Shown here piece by piece: positions 8,994 through 18,142 of a stretch of 56,859 bases of DNA. How positions within the stretch are numbered: position 1 is the first letter of the stretch; each line of letters begins with the position of its first letter. Under the pieces are notes generated by a model. The model searched no databases, had not been told where the DNA came from, and saw only the letters and a list, made by a program, of their open reading frames with translations. Both the position numbers and the translations under genes were made by a program. Source of the DNA: a virus (Duplodnaviria > Caudoviricetes); IMG/VR virus record IMGVR_UViG_3300045973_001145, positions 1 through 56,859 of that record; one strand, written 5' to 3'.

Positions 8994-10420
8994 GGTTTTA
9001 TAGGTAAATTATAATACCAAGAATAAAAATCTATATCAGTAGATTTTCGTTGCCTAGACCAATATGATATTGAAATCCAATAATAAGCTTGACCAGAAGC
9101 TAATGCAGGTAATCTAGTTTCTGTTGCAGGAATATTTTTATACTTACGAAATCTATATTGGTTATAATTTATTCTACTATTTACTACACAATTTTGAGTT
9201 TGCCAAGTTCCTGTTGAATTAGTAACTGGAACTAATGGAATTGTTTTATATCCAACAATTTTTGTTGTATCTAATACCATTCTATGACAATATATTAGAT
9301 ATTGATTAAACAGTGCATAATCTTCTATTTTTATTGTTGCTGGTGGTGGTCCAAAAATTGGTAATATTTTATAAGATGCATTATAATCATCAAGACTTGA
9401 TTTTCTTTGAAGTACATAATATGAAACCTTAGTCCAACTAATTGTTTTCCCAGTTGGTAAAATAGGCAATCTAGTTTCTGTTGAAGGAATACTTTTGTAT
9501 TTTTTAAATCTATATGGATTATAATTATTTGAAACTGTATTAATTATTTTTTGAGTAATATTAAAATTATTAGCGACTAATGGTTCAGAATATCCGACAA
9601 TTTTTACTGAATCTAATACTAATGTATTACAATAAGTTAGATATAGTCCAAATAGAGTTTTATCTTCAAATTTAACAGTTGATGGCGTTGTACCATAGCT
9701 GTAAGTTATTGTATTTGTATTTACTGTTAAATTTGTAATTACTGTGCTATCAGCGCCTAAAATAGATTTAAGATTTCTTGTATATTGTCCAGATATGGTA
9801 TGACCATTATAAATATGACCATTATTTATTGTTATATTTTCTGTTACTGTGTATTTTATTAATTTACAATACCAAGAATAAAAATCAGTGGTACTAGATT
9901 TTCTTTGAAGACAAGGATAAACAATTGTTGACCAATTTGCAATTTTACCTGTAGGTAATGTAGGCATTCTTGTTTCAGTTGATGGAATATTTTTCCATTT
10001 TTTAAGTCGGTATGGATTATAGTTATTAGTAGCTGAGCAAACAATATTTTGAGTTAAATATACACCGCTTTGAACTATAGGTGTAGCATATCCTATTATT
10101 TTAACTGTATCATAAACTATTTTATTGCAATACACAAGATATAATTTGTATAATTCAATATCTTTAGTTTTTAATCCTGTTGTTGATATTGTACCATATG
10201 TGAATGTTGAAGAACCAGTAATAGCTAGAGTAGTGCTTATGATACTGTCACAATTTGTGTGAATTGTTTTTAGTGTTCTTAGATATTTACCAGAAGTTGT
10301 GAATGTGTAATAACTTTGACCACCTGTGATTGTGATATTTTCAGTTATTGAATAGGTGCATTGAGAATACCCTATAAATGAAATAAATATTAATGCTAAA
10401 AAAAGAATTAATGTTTTCAT
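8987..10420 (-). CDS. Secreted protein with three internal repeats
   Basis: Signal peptide ending IGYS|Q; 3x YNxYRxKKxKxIPxTETRxPxLxxG...QRKS. Confidence 0.75.
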   Translation of the reverse strand: MKTLILFLALIFISFIGYSQCTYSITENITITGGQSYYTFTTSGKYLRTLKTIHTNCDSIISTTLAITGSSTFTYGTISTTGLKTKDIELYKLYLVYCNKIVYDTVKIIGYATPIVQSGVYLTQNIVCSATNNYNPYRLKKWKNIPSTETRMPTLPTGKIANWSTIVYPCLQRKSSTTDFYSWYCKLIKYTVTENITINNGHIYNGHTISGQYTRNLKSILGADSTVITNLTVNTNTITYSYGTTPSTVKFEDKTLFGLYLTYCNTLVLDSVKIVGYSEPLVANNFNITQKIINTVSNNYNPYRFKKYKSIPSTETRLPILPTGKTISWTKVSYYVLQRKSSLDDYNASYKILPIFGPPPATIKIEDYALFNQYLIYCHRMVLDTTKIVGYKTIPLVPVTNSTGTWQTQNCVVNSRINYNQYRFRKYKNIPATETRLPALASGQAYYWISISYWSRQRKSTDIDFYSWYYNLPIKPL

Positions 10421-10440
10421 AATTTGTGTTTTAGAAAAAT

Positions 10441-10581
10441 ATTACCGCTATGGTTTCGGACCATAACAACAGGACCGCTCCTGTTTGCTCTATTTTCAGG
10501 TAATTACTCCTTATCTTCAAGTTCCGTATTGTAATTCGTGCGCACTCTATACAATCAAAGCTAGCCAATAGCTACGGTAAT
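10441..10581 (-). ncRNA. tRNA-like structured RNA with expanded anticodon domain
   Basis: Acceptor-like ATTACCG/CGGTAAT, TA, D-arm GCT-ATTGGCT-AGC, T-arm TATGG-TCCGAAA-CCATA, extra stems AACAGGA/TCCTGTT and ATTGTA/TACAAT; GC-rich against the background. Confidence 0.65.
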
Positions 10582-10587
10582 AATTTT

Positions 10588-10866
10588 TTATTTTACTTTT
10601 TTTATTTGTTTTAGGATCTTTTCACGATCTTTTATTTGACCTTCGTTATACGAAATATTTTTCTCGTATTGACGAATTTCATCATTTTTTTGCTTGATTG
10701 CAGATTTTTTCAACTGTTTATCTTTTTTGACATCTTCTTTCAATCTAACAATTTCTTTGTTTAATTGAACACTGTATTCATTTTGGACTACAGGAACAGG
10801 TTTTTGAGCAACTGTTACAATTGAAATTGCAACTACCAACATAATCATTACCATTAACTTTCTCAT
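10588..10866 (-). CDS. Secreted coiled-coil protein
   Basis: Signal peptide ending VTVA|Q. Confidence 0.65.
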   Translation of the reverse strand: MRKLMVMIMLVVAISIVTVAQKPVPVVQNEYSVQLNKEIVRLKEDVKKDKQLKKSAIKQKNDEIRQYEKNISYNEGQIKDREKILKQIKKVK

Positions 10867-10886
10867 AATTTTACTTTTTTTTTTGG

Positions 10887-11351
10887 TTAAAAATCTTTAT
10901 ATTGTGGATATTTTTTTAATAATTCTATATCATAATGGACGAATGATTCATTGTAATTTCCATCAATGTCATAATTAACTTGGATATAGTTATTGTGCCA
11001 TTCTTGTTTTATAAACTTAGATTCAAAATTTTTATCTAAGTAATCTTGATATTTAAAAAGCATTTTATCATTTTTTGGATAATATCTAACTCCATATAAA
11101 TTATTATCTATTAATAATAAAACAACTTTAATTGTTCGTTGTTTATACACATATTCGTTAAGTGTGATTCTTGTCACATCATTATCGAAGCTGTAATAGT
11201 TCAATTCATTCATATCAACTTTTTCTTTCAAAGTTTTTTCATTGTCATATCCAAGAATAAACTTGTTTAATACAGTTTTAGCCTTAGCATCTTTTTGTGA
11301 AAATGAATTCAATGAAAAAAGTAAACAAAATAACATTAACAAGGTTTTCAT
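10887..11351 (-). CDS. Secreted hypothetical protein
   Basis: Signal peptide ending NSFS|Q. Confidence 0.7.
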   Translation of the reverse strand: MKTLLMLFCLLFSLNSFSQKDAKAKTVLNKFILGYDNEKTLKEKVDMNELNYYSFDNDVTRITLNEYVYKQRTIKVVLLLIDNNLYGVRYYPKNDKMLFKYQDYLDKNFESKFIKQEWHNNYIQVNYDIDGNYNESFVHYDIELLKKYPQYKDF

Positions 11352-11545
11352 ATTTTCTTATTTTTTAGTAAATGTTTTACATTATTGAAAATTAAATATA
11401 CTCCATAGCAAATACCAAATATTATAGCTAATACTACTGTTAGCATAGTAACAAACATTAATGATACAATAGTCCAGCAAAAAAGAACTGCCATAATAGA
11501 AATTAGTAACAGTTTATACCCATATCCTGCAAGTTTTTTCATCAT
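11348..11545 (-). CDS. Small membrane protein
   Basis: Hydrophobic ORF. Confidence 0.55.
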   Translation of the reverse strand: MMKKLAGYGYKLLLISIMAVLFCWTIVSLMFVTMLTVVLAIIFGICYGVYLIFNNVKHLLKNKKI

Positions 11546-11910
11546 TCTCTTTCTTTTATTTCAAAAAATTTAGACTTTAATAGAAAATCAAAATGTACAA
11601 TATCCCCAACTCTATGATTATAGATCCATACATTATCTATATGAATTTTACTATGTAATTTGCAGGTATTAAGTTCTCTATATTGTTTTGGACCATCGAT
11701 AGTTTCAAGCAATATAGTATTACAAGTTTCTGGTTTATGAAATTTATCGTCACTTAGAACAGTTTCTCCGTTTATTGATGTGATTTTCATATCAATATTT
11801 CTGACAAACTTATCTTCAACTGTTCTATGAGAACAAGATATAATAAACATAGAAATAAATAGAACATAGCTAATAGACAAAACACGCCAATATGATACTT
11901 TTATTCTCAT
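11542..11910 (-). CDS. Putative lipoprotein
   Basis: Hydrophobic N-terminus + IISC. Confidence 0.6.
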   Translation of the reverse strand: MRIKVSYWRVLSISYVLFISMFIISCSHRTVEDKFVRNIDMKITSINGETVLSDDKFHKPETCNTILLETIDGPKQYRELNTCKLHSKIHIDNVWIYNHRVGDIVHFDFLLKSKFFEIKERE

Positions 11911-11924
11911 AAATTTGAATTTTT

Positions 11925-11963
11925 AAAAAAAATCTGATACTCAAATGAATACCAGATTTTTTT
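11925..11963 (-). terminator. Intrinsic terminator
   Basis: ATCTGGTATTC-attt-GAGTATCAGAT followed by a T-run on the minus strand. Confidence 0.75.
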
Positions 11964-11998
11964 GACTTGAATTTAACTATAAAAAATGAAAAATGAAC

Positions 11999-12601
11999 TT
12001 ACTTTGTTTCTTTCAACATCAGAACTGGATTCGTGTCACTCAAAAGTCCTTCAACATCGCCATTGTTCAAAGTGAAAGCTTCGTTGATTGCATCACTTTT
12101 GATGTTGTAAACAACTTTGTTTACGAAAAGTTCTTCTTTTTCTGAGTCTGTCATAAAGTCAGCACTCATAATAAGAGCTTCCAATTTGTCAGCATATTTA
12201 TTCAACAGGTCGTTGTTCATAACAACTTCTGATTTTTCTTCAACGAAGGTATCTCCGTATTTTTCACGAAGTTCAGTTGCTCTTTCTTCGTCAACTGATC
12301 CGGCATATTTCTTCATTACGATGAACATCACTTTGTCGCCTTTTTCAGAAGCAACCTTAATTGATTCTGGATTTCTTTTCAACTTTGAATACATCTTCAC
12401 ATATTCTTCAAAAGCAACAGATTTAATGTCACCTTCAATACTTTTCTGCTCGGCAGTCTTATTTTTGATTTCTTCTTTCAACTTATTATATTTTGAAAGT
12501 TTACTAGCGAAGTCTTCACCAGGTACTACTGCTACTGGATGTGTGTCTGCCTTTGTTGTTGCTTTCTTAGCTTCTACTACTTTTTTACCGAACATTGCCA
12601 T
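11999..12601 (-). CDS. Early hypothetical protein, own promoter and terminator (start revised to MAMFGKK)
   Basis: Monocistronic between promoter 12641 and terminator 11925. Confidence 0.75.
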   Translation of the reverse strand: MAMFGKKVVEAKKATTKADTHPVAVVPGEDFASKLSKYNKLKEEIKNKTAEQKSIEGDIKSVAFEEYVKMYSKLKRNPESIKVASEKGDKVMFIVMKKYAGSVDEERATELREKYGDTFVEEKSEVVMNNDLLNKYADKLEALIMSADFMTDSEKEELFVNKVVYNIKSDAINEAFTLNNGDVEGLLSDTNPVLMLKETK

Positions 12602-12640
12602 AATTTTATTTTTTAGATTGTTATTTTTATATTTGCTATA

Positions 12641-12671
12641 CAAAGATACTTATAATTTTTGAACTACCAAA
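12641..12671 (-). promoter_or_regulatory. Bacteroidota-type early promoter
   Basis: TTTG-N19-TATCTTTG. Confidence 0.75.
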
Positions 12672-12846
12672 CAAAAATGAATTATTTTTTAATTTTTTTC
12701 ATCTTTATTTTCATCATAAAAATCAAACGGTTTAATGTCTTTTGAAATTTCTGCACCAAAACCTGTCAGTAACATTTCATCTTCTTCTGTAATCAGTTCG
12801 TTTTCCATTTTTGAGCTTTTTAAGTGTTTATATCTTTTTGACTCTA

Positions 12847-12878
12847 CAAATGTACGGGAAGTTTTTCAATCTACCAAA
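12847..12878 (-). promoter_or_regulatory. Bacteroidota-type early promoter
   Basis: TTTG-N20-TACATTTG. Confidence 0.75.
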
Positions 12879-12884
12879 TAATTC

Positions 12885-13256
12885 TTAATAAATTTTTTGA
12901 ATATTTAATGATTTCCAAATCCTATTTTTTGTATATTTCACTTTAACTATAGTACCAATATTGATATAATTATAATATGATTCGGTGACAGATATGCTAC
13001 CAATTAGATCATCTTTTGAAATATTATTAGTAAGATTATCAATACAAATACTAACTATCCATTCATCATCATAATGATAAATAACAGGCATTGTCATTTT
13101 TAATACTACATCATATTCTAATGTAGTGTCATCATGTGCTGCTATAAATTGTTTTATAACAATTTTTCCATCACCATCTTTTGAATATAAAAATGTATAA
13201 TTTGCTAAAAAAATACAAATTATTAACACAGCTATAAATATATATAATGCTATCAT
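12885..13256 (-). CDS. Membrane-anchored hypothetical protein
   Basis: N-terminal TM. Confidence 0.65.
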   Translation of the reverse strand: MIALYIFIAVLIICIFLANYTFLYSKDGDGKIVIKQFIAAHDDTTLEYDVVLKMTMPVIYHYDDEWIVSICIDNLTNNISKDDLIGSISVTESYYNYINIGTIVKVKYTKNRIWKSLNIQKIY

Positions 13257-13421
13257 AGTTTTTAGTTTAATAAGTTATTCAAATAATTTGATAAAAAATC
13301 TCTACGACCTTCGCCATAAACAATCATATAGCATTTTCCATTTTCGTCTATGAAAGCATAGCCATTCATAGATATTTGCTTTCTATCATCATTCATAAAG
13401 CTCAAAACGTGCTCCATTTTC

Positions 13422-13847
13422 TTAATAGTGTGCTTCATATTTTTTTATTTCAGATTTAAAAAACTCGATATTTTCGATATGACTTTTAATAGCATCTTTA
13501 AACACATTTGGTCTATACAGCATACTAAAAGTTTCTTTTATGACAAAACTTTCACATTCTTTATCAAAAACTTTTTTAAGTCTTTTGAATGCTGACATCA
13601 TTTCTTGCTCAAGTTTAATCATATTGTTGATAATAACAATTTTATCTTCATTTGCTATATGATTAAAATTATCTTGCTCTTTAAGCCTGCTAAATGAAAC
13701 AAATCCAAATTTTCGATCAATTACATCATCAATAGTAATTTCATTTTTTGCTAAAATTGCTAAAATTTCAGGATTTATGTCTTTTTTACTTTTTTCAAAA
13801 TCTTCTTTGAAGATCGGTCCATAAGGCATTCCAAACATTCCAAACAT
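13422..13847 (-). CDS. Hypothetical protein
   Basis: ORF track. Confidence 0.65.
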   Translation of the reverse strand: MFGMFGMPYGPIFKEDFEKSKKDINPEILAILAKNEITIDDVIDRKFGFVSFSRLKEQDNFNHIANEDKIVIINNMIKLEQEMMSAFKRLKKVFDKECESFVIKETFSMLYRPNVFKDAIKSHIENIEFFKSEIKKYEAHY

Positions 13848-13862
13848 AGTTTTATTTTAAAG

Positions 13863-14336
13863 TTAATAAATATCAAAGAAATTTGATGCAGATTTGAATA
13901 ACTGATCTGAAAAAACAACTGGAAAAAATGCATCAAATGGCTGATTTGTATATGGATTTAAATTGTTATAAGATTTATCCGATAAAAATGTAAATCCGCT
14001 TTTTTTATTAAGACTAACATTATATTTATAAGTATTCTGACTAGGAAAATAATTTAATGATGATCTAGCATCTCTAATTAATGCATCGTAATCATTAAAA
14101 ATTTGTTCATATTTAAATACTTCTCTTTTAGTATTTGTTACAATAACATTGAAATTACCATTATTATCTGGCTCTGATGTTGCTTCAAATATGAAGTCTC
14201 CAACTACTTTGTAATGAGTGTGAATTTTACCATTAAAGGTTTGATGACCAACGCCTGGTAAAAGGCTAAAAAGAAACGATACCAATAAAATAATAGCAAA
14301 GACTTTAATAATTAGATAAATTGCACTTTTGTCCAT
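13863..14336 (-). CDS. Membrane-anchored hypothetical protein
   Basis: N-terminal TM; follows promoter 14371. Confidence 0.7.
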   Translation of the reverse strand: MDKSAIYLIIKVFAIILLVSFLFSLLPGVGHQTFNGKIHTHYKVVGDFIFEATSEPDNNGNFNVIVTNTKREVFKYEQIFNDYDALIRDARSSLNYFPSQNTYKYNVSLNKKSGFTFLSDKSYNNLNPYTNQPFDAFFPVVFSDQLFKSASNFFDIY

Positions 14337-14370
14337 TTTTTAAGTTTTAAGTGTTAATACTTTGATACGA

Positions 14371-14402
14371 CAAATGTAGGGACATTTTCCCGAACTACCA
14401 AA
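14371..14402 (-). promoter_or_regulatory. Bacteroidota-type early promoter
   Basis: TTTG-N20-TACATTTG with GGGA/TCCC spacer repeat. Confidence 0.8.
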
Positions 14403-14436
14403 TAAAACTTATAACATATATTTTATTTTTAAAATT

Positions 14437-14757
14437 TTAAGGTAAAAACATCCAATGAGTTACATTTTCTGTAACACAAATTGTAGATTCTACAAATTCA
14501 AGGTTAAAAACCTTTGTGTATTTACAGACAGTTTTTCTTCCACCTTTAAGTAAACACAATACAACAGAATCGACGTCAGGTAATTTAGTCCTTACATCTA
14601 TCCATTCTTCTATTGGCTTTTTTTTTGGCTTTATGAATTGTCTCACAACTCTTGCTATACCATTAAATATAGTAGCTATTAATACTATAATAAATACTCC
14701 GTACCAAAATAATGTATCACCATCTTGGCTTTTTAAAAATGCTAATAATTCTGTCAT
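14437..14757 (-). CDS. TM protein with DUF551-like C-terminal domain
   Basis: WIDVRTKLPD...VTHWMFLP. Confidence 0.65.
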   Translation of the reverse strand: MTELLAFLKSQDGDTLFWYGVFIIVLIATIFNGIARVVRQFIKPKKKPIEEWIDVRTKLPDVDSVVLCLLKGGRKTVCKYTKVFNLEFVESTICVTENVTHWMFLP

Positions 14758-14882
14758 TTATCTAATTTTTTAGGTTTACAAACTTCTTCTATCTTTTTAG
14801 ATGATCTTCCACACTTTTTGCAAATATATTTTGGCTCCTTAGGTGCTTCATATTCATCTTTTTCTGCACATTTTTTCTTCAT
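14754..14882 (-). CDS. Small Cys/Lys-rich protein (42 aa)
   Basis: Hand-translated MKKKCAEKDEYEAPKEPKYICKKCGRSSKKIEEVCKPKKLDK. Confidence 0.6.
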   Translation of the reverse strand: MKKKCAEKDEYEAPKEPKYICKKCGRSSKKIEEVCKPKKLDK

Positions 14883-14883
14883 A

Positions 14884-15183
14884 TTAAAAATAATGTTCTG
14901 CTAATTCATAAAAACCAATTTCGCTTGAATTGGCTGTAAATGGATCACCAAGACCTGAATTAATAACCATACACTCACTATCAATATGATATGCAATTGT
15001 GTTATATTCATCATTAAATTTGAATGTGAAAGAATATTCACCTGTCATTTTTAATTCACTAACTTTTTTGGATTTTGATAATTTGTTAAAAAACTTTTTA
15101 ATATCTTTTTTACCAAATTTTGCTGATTCTTCTTGGATAAGAGAATTTAATTCATCGATTGTCATTTTACTATAGTCTATCAT
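14884..15183 (-). CDS. Hypothetical protein
   Basis: ORF track. Confidence 0.65.
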   Translation of the reverse strand: MIDYSKMTIDELNSLIQEESAKFGKKDIKKFFNKLSKSKKVSELKMTGEYSFTFKFNDEYNTIAYHIDSECMVINSGLGDPFTANSSEIGFYELAEHYF

Positions 15184-15187
15184 ATTA

Positions 15188-15348
15188 TTATTTTAAAATT
15201 TCTTCATTCATATCTTCTTTGTTTGCGCAATATGCTATACATATTTCAGCTTCAAATTCTTCTTCGAAATTTTCTTCAAGTTCAATAATGAACCACCTTC
15301 ATCTTCATATAAATATTTTCCTGTTGGCTTGTGTTTTAATGCGAACAT
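15188..15348 (-). pseudogene. Frameshifted or deleted gene remnant
   Basis: MFALKHKPTGKYLYEDEGG then another frame IIELEENFEEEFEAEICIAY... Confidence 0.4.
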
Positions 15349-15351
15349 AGT

Positions 15352-15621
15352 TTAATTATTAATGGCGTTTAACTTCTGTAATTTATATTTTCTTTTAACT
15401 AATTCTAATTTAGCTAATGTGTCTGGGTTTTCAGGATCTAAAACTGTATAAAGTTTACCTACACCAACATCATCAATATTTGCAAATTCATAACCATGAT
15501 ATATCTGTAGCACATCTTTCGCAGGATTATACAAAATTTTATTCATTACAATATCAGTTCTACCAATATTGTAAATTCTATAAAAAAATAAACCACGTTG
15601 CAATATATCTCCTTCTTTCAT
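15352..15621 (-). CDS. Hypothetical protein with RKxKL tail
   Basis: Ends KRKYKLQKLNAINN. Confidence 0.65.
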   Translation of the reverse strand: MKEGDILQRGLFFYRIYNIGRTDIVMNKILYNPAKDVLQIYHGYEFANIDDVGVGKLYTVLDPENPDTLAKLELVKRKYKLQKLNAINN

Positions 15622-15935
15622 TTTGAATCTTCGATATTAAAAAATAAATAATCTAATTTTTCTATTAAATGTTTAGCATCAATATTATCAACACAATCAT
15701 ATATAATTTCACCTCTTTCAGTTGTCTTGAATCTTTTTGCTAATAAATCCTTTGTAATTGAAATGCAAAATAACTGAAAATATTTCAAATCTTCTTCTTC
15801 TTTACATTCTGGTGTTACATTCCAATCAAATCCAATAAATCTTGTTTTTGGTAAGCCATTAATATTATTAAGCTTCATTTTTCTGGTGGTCTTAATATCA
15901 TGAGGTTCATTAATTCTTTTTACATTTATATTCAT
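15618..15935 (-). CDS. Hypothetical protein, tandem paralog of 15932..16261
   Basis: Shared IGFxW...DL..FxLFCxSIxKDL...FxTxERG. Confidence 0.7.
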   Translation of the reverse strand: MNINVKRINEPHDIKTTRKMKLNNINGLPKTRFIGFDWNVTPECKEEEDLKYFQLFCISITKDLLAKRFKTTERGEIIYDCVDNIDAKHLIEKLDYLFFNIEDSK

Positions 15936-16261
15936 AACAATAATTTAATTGCTTTTTCTTTTGAAATCATATTAAATAAAGCTTTCAATTCATTTGAAAC
16001 ATGTTCGGTGTCAAAGAAATCCATATTTTCATATGTGAATGCACCTCTTTCATTTGTTGTAAATTTTTCTTCAAATAAATCTTTTACAATTGATAGACAA
16101 AATAAATGAAAATCTAATAAATCTTCATCATTTGATTCTCCTTTTAAGTCCCAATGGAATCCAATAGGTATTTCTACAGGCGTATCATCTGCAACTATAA
16201 GAAGTTTTAAATTTTGTTTATCTTGATTAGTTAGTGTTTTTCTTTTAACGTGTAATATCAT
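15932..16261 (-). CDS. Hypothetical protein, tandem paralog of 15618..15935
   Basis: As above; -7 box at 16288-16295 upstream. Confidence 0.7.
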   Translation of the reverse strand: MILHVKRKTLTNQDKQNLKLLIVADDTPVEIPIGFHWDLKGESNDEDLLDFHLFCLSIVKDLFEEKFTTNERGAFTYENMDFFDTEHVSNELKALFNMISKEKAIKLLL

Positions 16262-16299
16262 TCTTTTTTATTCTTTTTTGAATTCTACAAATATAAGGA

Positions 16300-16458
16300 T
16301 TATTTTTCAATTAATTTGATTTCTTCTAAATATTTTCGAATTAATATTGCAACTAATTTGCTGCGATCTATTATATTATCTTCAATGTGTTTCTGAAATA
16401 TATCATTAAGTTCGGCATCTAAACTAAAATATATTTTTACTTTCTTTTCTTTTTTCAT
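16300..16458 (-). CDS. Ribbon-helix-helix (CopG-like) small regulator
   Basis: Hand-translated MKKEKKVKIYFSLDAELNDIFQKHIEDNIIDRSKLVAILIRKYL... Confidence 0.6.
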   Translation of the reverse strand: MKKEKKVKIYFSLDAELNDIFQKHIEDNIIDRSKLVAILIRKYLEEIKLIEK

Positions 16459-16573
16459 AGTTAATTTTATCATTATATATTTATAAAGTTTAGTTTCTTT
16501 TTAGTATATTTTTTCTAAAAGTAGAAAAAAGCGACTTTATTTAATTTATATATAATAGAAAGAAAGAATAATT

Positions 16574-17428
16574 ATGAATTATAAATGGCACTATGATAAT
16601 TTAATTAAAACAAGAAAAATTTTAGATAGAAAGAAATATAATGGAGCATATTATGAAGATCATCATATAATAATGACTTCAATGAATGGAACAGATGATA
16701 AAAATAATAGATTGTTATTAACAGCAAAAGAACATTATATTGCACATTATTTATTATGGAAGATATATAGAAATAATCAAACAGCATACGCATTTTTTTA
16801 TATGTGTATTGATGCTAATAAAACTGACCTTAAAATTTCAAGTAGAGTATATGAGGAAATTCGTATAGAATGTGCAAAAATTTCATCAAATACACTTAAA
16901 TCTCAATGGACTGATCCAGAAAAAAGAATAAAATTATCTGTGGCAAACAGTATAAAAAATAAAGGTCGAAAACATAGTGACGAAAGCAGAAAAAATATGA
17001 GTGAAGCACATAAAGGTATTAAACAATCTCAGGAATCTATAAATAAAAAAAATTTGAAATTAACTGGTCAAAAAAGATCAAATGAAACTAAACAACTTTT
17101 AAGTGAAAAGAATAAGGGAAGAAAAATATCAGATGAAACAAAAAAAAGGCAATCAATATCTGCAAATAATAGAATGATCTCTGAAGAAACTAAATTAGAA
17201 ATGTCTAAAAAAATGTCAATTTCAAAAAGTAAACCAAGAAAACAATATAAATTAATTTCATCAAATAACTATGAATATATATTTGATGGACTAAAATCTG
17301 TATTTGAGTTTGCAAAAAATAAAGAAATTTCGGTAACCTTACTTAAAAATTTTAAAAATAAAGGAAAAATAATCTCAAAGGCAAGACATACCGAAAATAG
17401 TAGTAATTGGGAATTTATTTCATTATAA
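16574..17428 (+). CDS. Free-standing HNH homing endonuclease with NUMOD3 repeats
   Basis: EDHHII...NRLLLTAKEHYIAHYLL; repeated GRKHSDESRKNMS-type motifs. Confidence 0.85.
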   Translation: MNYKWHYDNLIKTRKILDRKKYNGAYYEDHHIIMTSMNGTDDKNNRLLLTAKEHYIAHYLLWKIYRNNQTAYAFFYMCIDANKTDLKISSRVYEEIRIECAKISSNTLKSQWTDPEKRIKLSVANSIKNKGRKHSDESRKNMSEAHKGIKQSQESINKKNLKLTGQKRSNETKQLLSEKNKGRKISDETKKRQSISANNRMISEETKLEMSKKMSISKSKPRKQYKLISSNNYEYIFDGLKSVFEFAKNKEISVTLLKNFKNKGKIISKARHTENSSNWEFISL

Positions 17429-17429
17429 T

Positions 17430-17924
17430 TTATTTATGATATGTTTCAATTGTTTTTCTGTTCCAAGATGGATCTGGTTTATATTTAGAATTTATAAAAT
17501 ACTCATAAATAGGTTGCCAATCTAGTTCTGGATCAAACCCCGATTTATCATCTGCTAGAACATTATAGTATGGCTTTTTATCATAGCATCCAAAATTACC
17601 TTTAGCATCAGTAATTTCAGGATTTTCATTCACATATTTAAAATGAATACTATCTTCTTCAAATTGTTTTAAATAAATTTCAATTTCATCAGGATAAGAT
17701 GAAGTATATAAAATCATAATAATATCTGGTCTATTTTTTGTAATATATTGAAGTGTTTCTTTAACATACAAATAATATTCTATTTCTTTGATAGATTTTC
17801 TATAATCTGGCTTAGAAATAACACCATGCACATCTATAAAAAAATAAGTTTCATACCATTGCCTTTCTTCTGCATGTTTGAACATTTTTTTTATCCATTT
17901 TAATATTGACGGTTCGTATATCAT
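17430..17924 (-). CDS. HAD-superfamily hydrolase
   Basis: IDVHGVI, LYTSS, KPYYNVLADDK. Confidence 0.7.
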   Translation of the reverse strand: MIYEPSILKWIKKMFKHAEERQWYETYFFIDVHGVISKPDYRKSIKEIEYYLYVKETLQYITKNRPDIIMILYTSSYPDEIEIYLKQFEEDSIHFKYVNENPEITDAKGNFGCYDKKPYYNVLADDKSGFDPELDWQPIYEYFINSKYKPDPSWNRKTIETYHK

Positions 17925-18142
17925 TCTGGAATTATTAAGTCCAAATTAAGTTCTTTAATATTAAATATCAAAGATTCTTTATCACAACAATATTTAATAA
18001 CATCATAACCAGGAATACAAAAAATAACATAACCTTTACAAATCATATATCCAATATATAATTTTCCTTCATATGGATATGTTATTTCTTGAATAAAATA
18101 ACCTGTATTTAAATTAAAAAATTTATTAATAATTTTCATCAC
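17921..18142 (-). CDS. Hypothetical protein
   Basis: ORF track. Confidence 0.55.
   Translation of the reverse strand: MMKIINKFFNLNTGYFIQEITYPYEGKLYIGYMICKGYVIFCIPGYDVIKYCCDKESLIFNIKELNLDLIIPE

Noticed and set aside
8987-10420. Diversity-generating retroelement TR/VR pair
   Set aside because: Repeats are in-frame protein repeats without adenine-specific differences; no reverse transcriptase in the window
10441-10581. Canonical tRNA, tmRNA or known riboswitch
   Set aside because: No 7-nt anticodon loop, no G3:U70 or CCA, too short for tmRNA; no SAM/TPP/cobalamin consensus recognised
12117-12662. 181-aa + strand ORF and similar antisense ORFs (2644, 4879, 6730, 8097, 14516, 15417, 24960, 38302, 43435, 46902)
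   Set aside because: Shadows of real genes on the opposite strand; no motifs or expression signals
12-14402. Dispersed ~35-nt repeats as CRISPR repeats or IS ends
   Set aside because: Kilobases apart with no spacer periodicity and no cas or transposase; they fit the Bacteroidota promoter consensus
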